Part shown: piece after piece, positions 27,561 through 41,144 of the stretch
Position numbering within the stretch: the first letter of the stretch is position 1
How the letters are laid out: each line of letters begins with the position of its first letter
The notes under the pieces: model-generated
The model's input: only the letters and a program-made list of their open reading frames with translations
The model's database searches: none
Told to the model about the DNA's origin: nothing
Assembly (NCBI GenBank): GCA_051362555.1
Contig: CM120642.1
Location: forward strand, 20,088,001 to 20,152,000
DNA from: Lingula anatina
Taxonomy: Eukaryota; Animalia; Brachiopoda
Length of the DNA: 64,000 nt
Reading direction: 5' to 3'
Program-made: the position numbers and the translations under genes

Positions 27561-30316
27561 GTTCAGTTTTTCTTTGTCTTTATTCTCAAAGGACCGTGTT
27601 TAACGAAATAGCTGCAATTCTGCGTACAGGTAAATGGAATTTTGGCGGACAGTAGTGTAACACTTAAATGACGCGGTTAAGATTGCGGTGGAGTCAAATG
27701 ATAAGGCGCATCATGCAATCGACCCGCCTAAGACAGCGCCGTGTTAGTCATGAAATACAAATTAAGGAAAACACGACCTCAGTGGGTAATTTGCATGAAT
27801 AATTTCCTTGCTAGTTGACTAGATAAATAGCGCGATTCTGCCACATATGAAGCCAGTTGATCGATGAACCCGGAGAGTGAAACTTTATTAGGTACATTTT
27901 ACAACGCTCTTTTTGAAAGGGTTTAGGCTTTTTAAACTCTCATTCAAACAAGTGAAAAGGTTGTGCAACCAGTACGTAGGTAAGTTTAAAATATTAGTTA
28001 AAATAACAAATGTAATTTTGGCTATTTTGTCCAATTATTGCAATAACGATATTTCTGAAACGAAGCCCAGACATTTGAGTAGAGTAAAGGAGGCGGTAGT
28101 CTTTTCGAATCAAGATAAAACGAGCGTTGAGATTAATAAGCATGATGTAGATATATGCAAAGTTTAAAGCTCAGTGTTTTTTGTGCGGTGTTTTTAGTGA
28201 ATGAATTTACATTAGACAATTTTGGAAGCGACACCATTCAGGATAGTTGAATTGCCAGCAACGAATTTATCACATTTAATTAATTTTAGGGTCTTGTTTT
28301 CTTTGTTACACGTCAAACCAGTAAGGGAACCCCCCTCAAAACATGTTATATTTTGCAATGATTACGCTTTTTGATGTATGGAAAATGTTCCTAGCTCTCT
28401 GAGACAGGAAAGCTACAGCTACGACGACATCATTTAAGTAACCAGCAATTTACACATAGCTCATCGGTGGAAGTAAAATCTTTTAAAGAATGCACATTCA
28501 GAATGAGAAGTAATCTTGGTTAATTAGTGTGGACGAAAGATAAGGGAAATTCACATAATTGTTATCAGTTTTTAGGCAATACCTCTTTTGTGCGTTTATT
28601 ATACTGCAATTTTGATTTGATTTATCACAATTTGGTAGTTTCCATCAAGTCTATAATCTTTCCTTTAGATAGTCAGACAGTCCGTGCGATAGCACATGCT
28701 TTCACTAGTGTAATTATTTAGGATTTAATAGAATAATCATTCATCTATTCTGGTATATGCAAATGAAACTTTAATTGATTATAGTGTATCAAATGATGTA
28801 CAAAAAAAATCATAAAAACACAAAATTTAGTTTCACCCATGCAATTTTTTCTCGTCCATGTCATGGATTTATGCTCGTGTCTGCGGTAAGCAAATTCATC
28901 CTTATCCTATTCGTAAGATGTGCCTGTGTAAACTTTAGATTAGCAGCTATATAGCTTAGTTAAAATGGCACTTCTCTAGCTTCATTCAAGTTACATCCAA
29001 AATCATATGAAAACCAATAAAAGTGACTTCATTTTTAAATGTAAAAATTAATTACCACTAGATGAAATGGATAAAGTAATTTATTTGCAAAAGTAAGTGA
29101 CCAAGTGTCTTTTTTCCCCTGGTTTGCATTAAGTCACTGCAGTAGAAGCAGATCTTCAGATAATGTCGGTAAATCAGTTAGTGATCAAAACGACGAGCTC
29201 CAGCTAACTCTGCGTTCAGGTTCACAGCCTCCGTGTTACAGAGAGCGCTTTTATCATCAAGATAGTCCAAAGCTGTGTCTGGTCAGCCCATGGACGGCGT
29301 CCGGTCCAAGGAAGATAACATCTTCACAAGTGTTGTGATTTATTATAATTTTGTGATAGCAGTGTTAAGGGGTTCCTAAAATGTGAGAAAGACAATGCAG
29401 TAATGACAGGGGGGAGATTAACATCCCATCTTCTGTGATACCGTTAGAGACCTTGTTTAATGACCCATGTTCAGGGTTCATTGTGCTTTTTCGCAAAAGT
29501 TTAAATCAAACGTGGGGCAAAACTTCTCGTTAACTGATTTATTGATTATAATTGTGCTTTCCCAGGGATTAACGCGCCACTTTAAAACAATTTTTGATAT
29601 AAAAAAACAATATATCCGACATTAAAACTAACTTAGTAGTTTGACAAAAATGACGGTCCTGTCAAAAAGAGGTAAATGGACGTCGCCTACTCTTAATATA
29701 GATTATCTTATATTATTTAATATTATGCTATGCCTTATCATCAGATGAAGGAGATTTGTAAAATAACATTTCTTTGCATCTAATTATGATAATTAGCATT
29801 CGTTATCTCGCTTTGCTGGTCTTTGTGCAGTATGGCGTGGTACGATAACCGCACTTGTAGCACCTGTACTATATCACCGCGTTTCCGTTATCTCAAAATT
29901 CAGCATGTTTCCTCCTATTTGGTGAAGGGAATTTTCCATTGAAATTATTCTACTTCTCTCGGTCGCACAGGCCCAAATTGAAGTTTTTATATACATCCAC
30001 TTTGGAGGGCGCCTGTTTCGAAGCTTCCGTTACAGCAGGCTTCACTGCAAAAAGAAAGTGAGAATTGATAGTTGGTGATAAATGATACCAACCTTTATAT
30101 TTGCCAGTTGTATTTTAAACACATAACTATTGCAAACAGATAAAAATTTCCACATGTATTATAAGAATATATTTCTGCTTTAATAGTAGGTACTGATTTT
30201 CATAATGACAATTAATTTCCCATCATTCACCATCATTCACTTATGCATTATAAGAAAAATTCCTGACCATAATAATGGTATAGTAAGACGCCTTTCAATA
30301 TCATTTCAGAACAAAG

Positions 30317-33300
30317 ATGAAGGTGTTCATGATCGTGGCGTTCGTGTCCCAGGCACTACTGGTTAGGGCTCAGAACTTTCCTAACCCAGGAACCAACCCA
30401 GGCGCACTCCCAGGTAGACTTTGCTTTTCAAGCTGAAATTGATCTCACTTGCACATGTAAAATAAGCATCGATTGTTCAAATAACATGTATTGTACAAAT
30501 CGAAACTTTTTGAATAGTTCTCAGTCCTAGTAATCACCTGTTGCACAAAAGCCATATATATATATATATCAAGCAGCCAAATCAAACTAAGAAATGCGTT
30601 GTTTATTAAGCTTTTTTATAAATAAACTAAAATTGTATGTCAAGCGTTGTGCGTTAAGAAAATTTTTGCATGCGTGCTTAATTCATGATGCCCTTATTAA
30701 TATATTCTATCAATCTCACGTGAAAACGATAAACAGAATATTAGCATTTTCATGTATTCTGTTTTATTCCAGTTCCACAACAGGAGTATGACGTCGATGA
30801 GGATGCAGGTACGTTATACACTTCACAAAATAATTAAATAGTAATCATATTTTTGTAGATAAGGAAAAATGATGGGGAATATTTTTTCTGAAAGAATTCA
30901 TTATACATTTTGCCTATATGATGATATATTAACGACGAAGTACCCTTTTTGTTTTTAGAATATTGCCGTAGATGTATCCAATCACGTAACGGAGTTGGTT
31001 ACTACGAGGACCCTAACGACTGCCGCGCCTACCTTCACTGTAGCGAAGACCAGTACGGCCGCGCTATCGCCTTCAGGATGGGCTGTGCCTCAGGCTCGCT
31101 CTGGGAGCAGAGAGTGTCTTCATGCGTTAGCTGTACTCTGGCACAGTGTTTCGGATCGAGGCTCCCACCCGGAGTAGCAAGATGTCCACCAACTAGTAAG
31201 TTCCAAGCAAGACATATGTCCTCTCCGTTTAGGGTTGAAATAAAATATTACTAAGCTAAATAGTTCACCGGCCAAAAAGTAATTTGAGATCCAATGCCCT
31301 TGTCAATACACACGCAGAACGCGTGGTGTCTATTGGTCAAACTAATTAAAAAAATTTCACCATAGTATGCACAATATTGTTTCTCTGCCCAGGTCTTACA
31401 TCAATTGGTAAAACCAATTAGACACTTATTTCAGAATTCTCTTAACCCAAGTATTGCCATATTTCAGCACCCCCACCACCAACCACCACTGTTGGACCCA
31501 CCATTCTTCCCCAGTTCGCTGGCAGCTGTGTTGCCGCTAATGACCCCGCCGGCTGGACCTACCACGCCGTCCCAGGCGGTCAGAACATCTTCTACAGAGA
31601 GAAGCTTTTGGGTGACGAGCGCAAGGTAGAAAAAGTCAGCTGTGGACCATGGATCTTCGATCTGACCATCTGCGCTTGCAGAACTCCTCGTAAGTTAACA
31701 AAAGTTTTATTCAAAAGGATAAATTGCAAGTTCAAAAATGTAATATATTGCTATCTAATTCTAATATTTGTGCGTAATGAACAATAGTGAATTTTGCTCC
31801 GTGAATTAAATATGGCGAAGGGGCCTGCTGTATCTACAAAATAGGCCCAAGTAAAGTTATTGATGTTAACGATATTTTTTCAATCCTATTTCAGCTCGCC
31901 AAGCAATTGCCGTGGTTCCATTTGACAGTACCCCTTTTATCACCCTTGTGGACAACTTCTACATCGACGGTTACGGCGTAGGTGTTGGCGCTGGAAAGGT
32001 CGACGGCGCCGCCATCTTTAACGGAACTTCCCACGTAGAAATCCCACGTTTCAACAACTACCCATGGGGCGCCGGTCTCACTTTGTCGTTCTGGTTCAGC
32101 CTTGCCGATAACAACCCCAATGTAAAGAAGGGTCTCCTGAACAACGGCGACTGCCAGGTCGTCCCCACTATCCAGTTTAACTACCAAAATGGCCGTCTGA
32201 TCGGTCAGATCATTGTCGCCAGCAACACCACCCTGCAGACCGTCACCGTGAATATTGCCACATCTGTGAGTTGACATTTTCTTTCTTTCTTTCTTTCTTT
32301 CTTTCTTTTTCTTTTCCGAATCTAAACAACTTTTTCAATAAATACAGATATTTAAGCATAATAAATACAGACCAATGTAAGGAAAATGTCAGAAGAAATG
32401 ATAATTTTGTTAAGTTTTATTTTATGTAGTAATTTTTTTAATATTTTGATTTGCAGGAGCTCCAAAATCCACGAGCTTGGCACCACGTTGTTTTAGTGTA
32501 CGATGGTCTTAAAGTGCGTGTTTTCGTCAACAACAGGATTGCCATCGATGAGATCGCTGTCGGTAAGTTTATGTTTTTGAACTTCATTTTTTAAGATTGA
32601 AAATGACGATTAAAATAACAGTTTCTTTTCTTTGCGATCTTAAGTTTTTACATTACTCATTTTTATCCAGCATTTCATTGTTTGATAGTAAAATTTTATA
32701 CTTTATTATACCATATATGTAATAAAATAAAAATGGTTTTATTTGTTAATGTAGGTATCATCCCAAGCACTTTGGCCCCTCTCCTTATTGGTCGCGATCT
32801 CCATTGTGAGTTCCAAGAGGGCGTTCCACGTACCAACATCATCGGAGCCGTAGATGAGGTGAGTTAAAGACAGCACTTTCTATCATTTTATCTCATTTTA
32901 TTCAACAATTCTATTGATTTTTCTCGGAACAATTTGCTTCATTTTAAAAGCAGTTACCAAATATAATTGCAATCGTTTACGTTGTTGCATAACACATTGT
33001 AGTGCGAGATAAACTGGATGTTTTAGTTTTGTGACAAATTCTTATAAATCCTAATGCCACTCTAATTTCCATTAAATGTTATCTTATATTTTTCCCCGGA
33101 CGAAAATTTCCACTTATCCTGGCAAGGCACTAAACCTTTAATGTAAATATCCAACATAACATTGTAAGCAGATAATGTGATGTTTTATTAACTCCATCTT
33201 ATTAATATTTCAGCTGCAAATCTACGACTGGCCAATGGACAACAACCAGGTGTCACAACTGAACGCTGGAGTACGTAACATCCAGATGGACCCCTACTCC

Positions 33301-33318
33301 GGATACACCATCGGCTAA
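30317..33318 (+). CDS. Secreted chitin-binding (CBM14/peritrophin-A) + laminin G/ConA-like protein; Pif/LamG3-like shell-matrix-type protein lacking a VWA domain
   Basis: Exons 30317-30413 (signal peptide MKVFMIVAFVSQALLVRA), 30773-30808, 30959-31195 (GYYEDPNDCRAYLHC...MGCASGSLW...C, ChtBD2 pattern), 31468-31689 (PT linker + degenerate CGPWIFDLTICAC), 31895-32265, 32457-32562, 32755-32858, 33214-33318. LamG motifs: AAIFNGTSHVEIPRF, LSFWF, LLNNGDC, WHHVVLVYDG, LLIG, GAVDELQIY. All junctions are GT-AG and in phase. Confidence 0.9.
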
Positions 33319-35598
33319 GAACTGCAATTGCTTGGTGACGTTGTTAGTGACCCCTTATACTAATAACGGATATCACCAGACAATAACGGATACGGACCAG
33401 GCTGTTGTTTTCATGAGAACTGTTGCTCGTACCATCATCATTAGAAGCTAAATAATAGCACACTTAAATCAATCAAACTTTAATTCTAGAGCTATGTTAC
33501 GATAATGTTACCGTATAATATGTAAAGTCCCCGCTTTCCAAGGAAGGGTCGTCTAATTGTCGACGGGGATTTGTAGAAACCAAAGGTTTCGTCAGAGCAA
33601 ACCTGAAGGGCAACTGTACGTAGTTCTGTCACCCGGGACACATTTCAGACCTGCCATTGTTTTACAGGGTTTCCTGTGACTTCAAATTTTCGAGCTCACA
33701 TCATGATCAGGTTTCTTAATTTTAACAAGGCGGCTGAAGGTGTGACCTAATCGACAGGGTCGAGTACGGTCCGTTTCGTTCACCGCCATGACGCTTTGCT
33801 CTTCGCTTAACCTCAATCAGTATTTGCAACACAAACCTGGCAATGCTCTTAGAATGTTCGTTGCCACACCGCCACATCTATGCCAATCTTACCGACATAG
33901 TGAATGTATGCTTAGGATTAGTTATTGCAAGGCTGTTTGAAAATACCAAAAAAATTAGATAGCGCACCAGTGCTTACGGTGAAGTATTACAGAGTGATTA
34001 TTTTTGTAAGGTGGTTTCCCGCATTAATTCTTGCTATGGCCGCAGGCGTGTCATCCTCTGGCAGATGCCCTACGTTTAATTTTACTGCTCGGTAAAAATA
34101 CCATCATATTTACATTATTTAATTCTTCAGATCATTCCACCTCTGACACGTGTTCTTCAGTCATTATGCTCGGCGAGCGTATGTGTGTATACGTAAGCGA
34201 TGTAATCATTGAAATCTAACATAAGACATGGAATGCAGTCGCATTATTTACAAAATGTGTGTAAATCATTCTGGGAATTACAAGCCATGGTGCATTTGCA
34301 ACAGTATTGTCTTGTCTATTGTGTTTATGTACTTCAGCCGTACATCGATTATATATTTATTTTTAAAAAACGGTCCACTTACTCACCAGTTACTTTGTTG
34401 GTTAAAATCCATATAATAATTAATGTACGGTATTAGGGATAGTTATATTTATACGTTTGCATATTTGATCTAAAATAAACCAAAGTATTAATGTTTATTA
34501 ATGATTAGTCACGTGTTGATACATGAATGAATGCCCGATAATGCGAAATTGTGTGATCTTTCACTCTCTTTCTCTCTCTCAAGGAAATTCTACAGATTTT
34601 GTCTTGATTGTTCTGTGGACACTCAAAATCTGAAACGTCAAAATCAATTTGTTTGGGTCCTCACTTTTCAAACCTTCCAGCCTTTTTTACTGTGCAGATT
34701 TGCTATTTGCAATGTTATTTGAAAAAGACACATTCATGAGCGAACACACAATAAGAATACAGAAATATGTACATTGGTTTCTCCAGGGCGCCAAATCAAG
34801 CAATAATACATTTCTTTAAAACAACATTTCTAAAAAACAAGTCTTTTTAAATTAAAATTAAAGTTGAATATATAGACTGAATATATAGTCGTGCAATTAA
34901 CCAAAGTAACGAACCCATTTTTTCACTGACTAAAAAGGAAAAAAATAATACATGTACCATGAAAATAAAAAACAACGGAAAATGAATACCAACATAAATA
35001 ATAATTTTAATAATTAAAAAATATCACGCGCCTGCAATCTATTAACTGATAGCCTGTTGCATCGTAAAGATTCATATTTTATATAAAAACTGGCAAAAAA
35101 ATGCAAATTTTAATGGTAAAGAAATCATTGAGAAAAAGCCAGGCTAAGAATAAACTCTCTAAATAAAATTTATGTTAACCATAATCCTAATAGGCTATTA
35201 TAGGGAAGACCGAGAAAATGACGTTATTAATATCACCCTATACTACAGTATGTAGAGGTTCGTCGATTGGCTAAGTACCGGTACGTACATGGACGCTAGC
35301 GAACGAAACCTGTACAGTACCGAGTTAGTATCAAATAGGTTAATACTTGATTAAAGAAACAGTTTATTTCTATAAAGGTTAATAAAGTAATATCGTGCCT
35401 AATAAAAAAAACATATTTTAAAAATATAATCACGAACATTGTAAATTTATCTTGAAAAATGCAAATAGACTGGAAGAAAGCATTGTAAATATGAATGTTA
35501 CAAAGCGAATCAAATAAACTCAAATTTGGACCTGCAAAAAACACTGATACACTACCTGACTCAAAATATGCTATTTTCTCTCGCAATTAAATTTTGAA

Positions 35599-35650
<52 letters not shown>

Positions 35651-36996
35651 TTGTGTGTGGGGGGGGGGGGCGTTGTGGAGCCACTTCACGGCCGCTTTTA
35701 AAGAAATCTAAAAGATCCAGTGGCGTTTGGTGAGTAAAGTCCAAACTCATTGATGGAAGACAATATCAGCAACAACGCAAATAAAGATCATCTACTCAGT
35801 CCTTCTTATCTCTGGTATGGACCATTGGAAAGATAATGGCTATTCTTTTCTCAAAACAAAGGTTATCCGATCCGTCAAGTCATAATTTGGACGGCCTGTT
35901 CCACCTACGGCTGCACGACTTGTTAGAATTCTGACTGCTGTCCGACTCAAATTGTATTTTTCTTTGGCACTCTTTTGTCTTGTTGTCTAGATGCTGAGCA
36001 AAAGCAAGTTTTAACTTAATTAATATTGTTTTTTATCTCTCTTTGTATATTTTGTCTTCCTCTCACCATTTTAAATATTTTTTTCATTGTGATGTTCACT
36101 CCGTTTCCTCCTCCATACGAGCAGTTGCAGTAGTTGTTTTTAAACGTTCCTTTCGCTTTTTGCTGTTTTCGGACAGATATATTCTTTTTTATATAGTCAC
36201 ATTTCTGATAGAATAATTAACCTCTGACTGAAATGCCAGGATCAACAAAACTCTTTGCATGCAATGATGAAATGAACAATCGAATTGAAGTTAATTGACC
36301 TGTTTTGGCTGTCACCTGTCAATCATCTGGTTAAAAATCAAGGGATGGTGTCAATGAGTGCAAACACCTGCTGGTAGGGCAATCTACCATTAGACGTAAA
36401 ATTATACCACTGAAATGAGCAATTAATTAGTTATAGGTTAGCTGCCATGTAAATAGAAAACTGTTTTATTTGCTTTCTTCCATTTATTTTGCATGCATAT
36501 CCAACGCCTGTTTATCAAAAGCAGCGTTTGCCACCTGTTCTGCGACCACGCTCAGTATTCCGCGTTTCCTGGGAGCTGAACAATTAACTCGGTCTGCAAT
36601 ATTTTTGGGGAGAGACAGGTGAAATATAAGTAATTTTTGCGTCGTAATTTCTGCGAAGGTAAACATTGTGAAACTGATGACTTTGGTTAATTTTGATGTA
36701 AGTTTGTAATATACTCTGCTTTATAAAGTTCCTGTGCATACCAAGCAGTCGCTAGTAACTTACATATCTTTCTCGTCTGTCTTCCCATAAAAAGTTCCAC
36801 ACTAAGAAAAATCAATAATCGTATGGCAGACCTGTATACCTGTTTATGTAGCAGTTTTGTGGCTCTGGGGTGAATACGTGATACCGGTTGTTAGGTTATT
36901 TATGATTATATGATTAATAAACATCATCCGTCAAATCGAGTCGATTAAATGTTTCCCAATTTTTGAGCAAAAAGGAATATAACGTTTTGAATAATG

Positions 36997-38499
36997 AAAC
37001 AAGGCAGCAAAGCTGTCAAATGTACAGACAAAAAGCAGGATATAACAAAATAGGCTACTGTCAATTCTGATGCAAAAGTACATTATGTTAAACTGCAAAT
37101 TCAACATCAAATTCTAATTATGCTCAACAGGTAATACCAATGTAAGTAAAATGTGTAACAAACATAAGGCTTCAGGTTCACCCTTTGAAAATGTAAAACT
37201 TCCAGAAAAAGAAGTCAATTAGACTGCTTTTCCAACTCCGGCTGCATTTAAGTCCTGTATTTCTTTTTTGAAAGTTTGGCAATCATAAGTAACATGGTTT
37301 TCCCATAATGGTCATCATGGCAGCAGCACCCAAAATTGTGTTTTCTTCTATTCTGATGCAATATTACATAATGGTTACCAGCATAATGACAATCAATTTT
37401 TAATAATAAAATATACGTATCATGGATTTTCAGAAAATGTGACAAGCATGGGTCTTCAAGCCTGTGGAACTTCAAAGTCACACCTTGAAAATGCCAATAT
37501 GTGAAAAATTAAAATTCCACAAAAAAAAAACTGTTTAACTGGTAGATTGCATTGCCTACTGAAGCTATATTTTAGTCCCATGTTTCTTTCCTGTAAGTTT
37601 GAGAACAGTAAGTGACATGGTTTTTCTTAAATGGTCATCATGGGAGCAGTGCCCAAAACAGGTTTTTTTTTCAAATTTTGATGCAATATTACATAATGTT
37701 TAACAGCATAATGACTATCAATTTTTAATAATAAAATATTAGTAACATGGATATTCAGAAAATGTGACTAGCAAAGGTCTTCAGGCCCATGGAACTTCAA
37801 AGTCACAACTTGAAAATGCCAAAATGTAAACAAGACAACACTGTTCTGAAATTTTTTTTCCATTTTTAACAATTTTTAACATAAAACAAAATTAACAGTT
37901 TACTGCCATTTTTATATGATCAACTAAGAAAATTGATGAGATGGGAAAAATATCAATAGAGCAGTGTTAAATGTCCAATTTCTTCCATTCTGAGATTCTG
38001 AACATAGTGAATGATTGAATCTGACAAACTGCAATGATATGAGTTTATTTCCATTTTTGAAACTTTATTACACAATACACGATAACAAGTTTACCATCAT
38101 TTTTACAAAATCAACTAACAATGTTGTAAAGATGCAGGAAATGTCAAGCAAAAACTTTTACGTATTTTATTAGTTTAATAATGAGACTGTTAACATGCCT
38201 AAGAATTGAATCTGAGAAAATGTGAAAAATATGCTGAAAAGTGAAAAAACAGCATAACTTCTACAATAATGGCCCGATCATGCTGATTTTCGAACTTGAC
38301 ATGCGTTTTATGAATATCCATCAGCTCTATAAATATAAAGCCAAAAAGTAAAACTGCCCTCCACTTATCGTGTTTACAAGGAAAGTGCACGGCGCCGGCA
38401 TCGGCATCGCCATCGCCATCGCCATCGGCATCGGCGACGGCGACGACAGACGCAGGTGATGGCAATATGTACAGACACAGATGTGTCTGTACATAAAAA
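36997..38499 (+). mobile_element. Non-autonomous Helentron/HINE-like element (subterminal inverted repeat, internal tandem repeats, microsatellite, 3' hairpin)
   Basis: Begins AAACAAG with a short hairpin, then ATGTACAGACA (37020-37030), which is inverted relative to the terminal hairpin TATGTACAGACAC-agat-GTGTCTGTACATA (38466-38495) followed by AAAA. A (GCCATC/GCATCG)n microsatellite is at ~38395-38445. There are internal ~330-bp duplications. Homologous to 57480-61385. Confidence 0.75.
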
Positions 38500-38586
38500 T
38501 GAGAATGAGATTAGATCTTTTTCAATTTACCTACAACCCCCCCCCCCCCAGTTCCCCTCCCCCCAAAAAAGTTTAAAGTTACTAAC

Positions 38587-40250
38587 CTTTACTTCCAGCG
38601 ACGTATGAAGTCAATGTCTGGTTAGTGTCGCTCATCATCTTCTATGTCCTGCAAAGAAAAATGAGAATGAAATTATATCTTTTTCAATTCACCTACCATA
38701 GCTCCCCCCCCCAAAAAAAAAATAAATAAAAATAAAGAATGTTTACTAACCTTAAGTTATATCAATGTGTGAAGTCAATGTCTGGGTAGAGTTGCTCATC
38801 ATCTTCTGTCCTGTAAAAAGAAATAAGTATGAGATTAGATCTTTTTCAATTTACCTTCCTTCCCCCCCCCCCACCCCCCCAAAATGTTTAAAGTTTACTA
38901 ACCTTAATTTCTATCTACGTATGAAGTCAATGTCTGGTTAGAGTCGCTCATCATCTTCTATGTCCTGTAAAAAAAATGAGAATGATTAGATCTCCCGTCC
39001 ACCCCCCCTCCTCCAAAAAAAGTTTAAGGTTTACTAACCTTAACTTCTATTGAAGTGTCAAGTCAATGCCTGTGTAGAGTTGCTCATTATCTTCTATGTC
39101 CTGTAAAAAGAAATAAAACTAGATTAGATTTTTTTTTCAATTTTCCTATCCCCTCCAATAAAAAAAAATTACTAACCTTAAATTGTTGATCCGAAGAGTA
39201 GTCTGTGTTCGATGGTAGGCATCATCTTCTATGTTCTGTAAAAAAAATAAATACGAGATTAGATTTTTTTCAATTTACCTTTACCACCCTAAAAAGGTAA
39301 AATTTACTAACCTTTAACTGTTGATCCGAAGAGTAGTTAATGTCTGAGTGGAGGGGCTCATCATCTATGTCCTGTAAAAAGAAATGAAAATGAGATTAGA
39401 TTTTTTTCAATTCACTATCCCCCCTATAAAAGTTTACTTACCTTAAGTACCTTTTGATATGAAGTGTAGTGAATAGTATATGTTCAATGGTAGGCCACTC
39501 ATCTTCTTCTATGTCCTGTAAAAAAAAATAAAAACGAAATTAGATTTTTTAACTTCTGCTAACCCCCCCCCAAAAAAAAAAAGAAAAAAATAAATAAATA
39601 AAATAATAATAATATGTTTACTAACCTTAACCTGAGTGGAAGCACTCATCATCTTCTATATCCTGTAAAAAGAAAGCAAAATTTATATTATTTTTTTTTA
39701 GTTTTTTATTGACACAATACATTACAAATGCATGACAATAAGAAGAAAGGGAACAACACTAACTCACACTTAAGAGAAAACGGACATCAGCCTTAGAAAA
39801 AAGGGAACAACAACAAAACTCGACGAGCGTGACCTAAATCGGGCACATGAAAGTTTTGGTTCTAGCCTTAAAGGGCAATCAAGATCGACCTAGAAACACA
39901 GGCAGAAGAGGAATATGACAGAAATATAAAGAGAGTATGACATGGTGGCACTAACCCATCGCCAGTAGCTTGGATTTCAGTCCATTTACGATTAATTTTT
40001 CTGCGGTGGTTATTCGATGTACATTTCCCAGAGCGACGATTTTGCACCTTCAAGTTCCGTGTCACGTTTTCATATCATGCATCTTTTATTTCTACAAGTA
40101 TTCTCTGCCCAAAATGCGTAAAAAAAGAGAGTTATCTTACCAGGTTGTTTAGAAAACTTCTTTTTCCTCCGACTACACGTCTTCTCTCCCGTTCACCTCC
40201 AGGTTAAAATGACCACTCAGCTTCGCTTCTAACACCACTACACGTCACTT
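38587..40250 (-). ncRNA. Putative spliced non-coding transcript made of ~8 diverged tandem mini-exon/intron units (older array)
   Basis: On the minus strand each unit has CTAAT (TATAAT in two units), a pyrimidine tract, ...CAG|(G/A)A.A.AGA..ATG... and AAG|GT(T/A)AGT. Exons are at about 39662-39626, 39515-39442, 39371-39312, 39236-39177, 39100-39039, 38963-38902, 38810-38750 and 38648-38587. An upstream exon ends at donor CTG|GTAAGA (40141). An ETS-like CCGGAAGTG is at ~40246-40254. Confidence 0.55.
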
Positions 40251-41144
40251 CCGGGCACAATCAGTCTTCTCCGATTCCCTTTATTAACACACGTAGGAAC
40301 TGCAAGTCTTCAAAATGGTTGAATAAGTTTAAATCAGTGAAAAGGGATCCAAAAAATATTTTTTCATTTTAATACTTATCATTCATCAGCTTTTGTATTT
40401 TCCATCTATTTTATCTCAGCTGCTTATGATAAGTGTTTAAATCATCAATTAATTCTCGTAAAATATAAATAGTTTAAGTCATGAATAATACTTAGATATA
40501 CACCCAATGCATATTTTCAAAGATGCCAGTGTGTTATTGTGATGTTATACAAGTTGTTATTATTTTAACAAAAGTTAAAAGAAAATGATAAAAAAACACC
40601 AGACTAAGATATGGGTCCCGTGGCAATCTTCCTTCTACAATTTAAGTGTGAATTACTAGTAACTATGAAAACAGGAACTCACAAACAATATTACAATCAC
40701 CATTTACCGAATCTGTATTAATTATTACTTTCAACCTTAAAACATTTAAGTCAACCATGAAACAATCTATAAGAGAATTGAATTGTGTTAATGGTATGGC
40801 AACTCCTGAGAACATCTTCAGTTATAATATAATGGCAGTGTTCCAAAACCACGATACATATTAAATACAGGCTTGCTTAAATCTTAAACGGAAAGGAAGT
40901 ATTATCAAGTGTTGCACCTGCTCAGCAAAGCTGCAAATTTTATTTTGCAGCATCACAATTTCACTAGCACAAATCAGTAATAATTGTTAGTATATTTGCA
41001 ACATATTTAATATTCGTCATTTGCCTCTAATCTTCGCTAAACATTATTAAAATATTACTACACATATTTATGATAAATGTATGCATATTTGTAATAACTA
41101 AATTTTGTCATTTGCTACGGGAATGGGGGGGGGGGTCTTAAAAA

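Noticed and set aside
38500-39670. CRISPR-like alternation of conserved and variable segments
   Set aside because: The variable segments are homologous to each other rather than unique spacers, the DNA is eukaryotic, and no cas genes are present.
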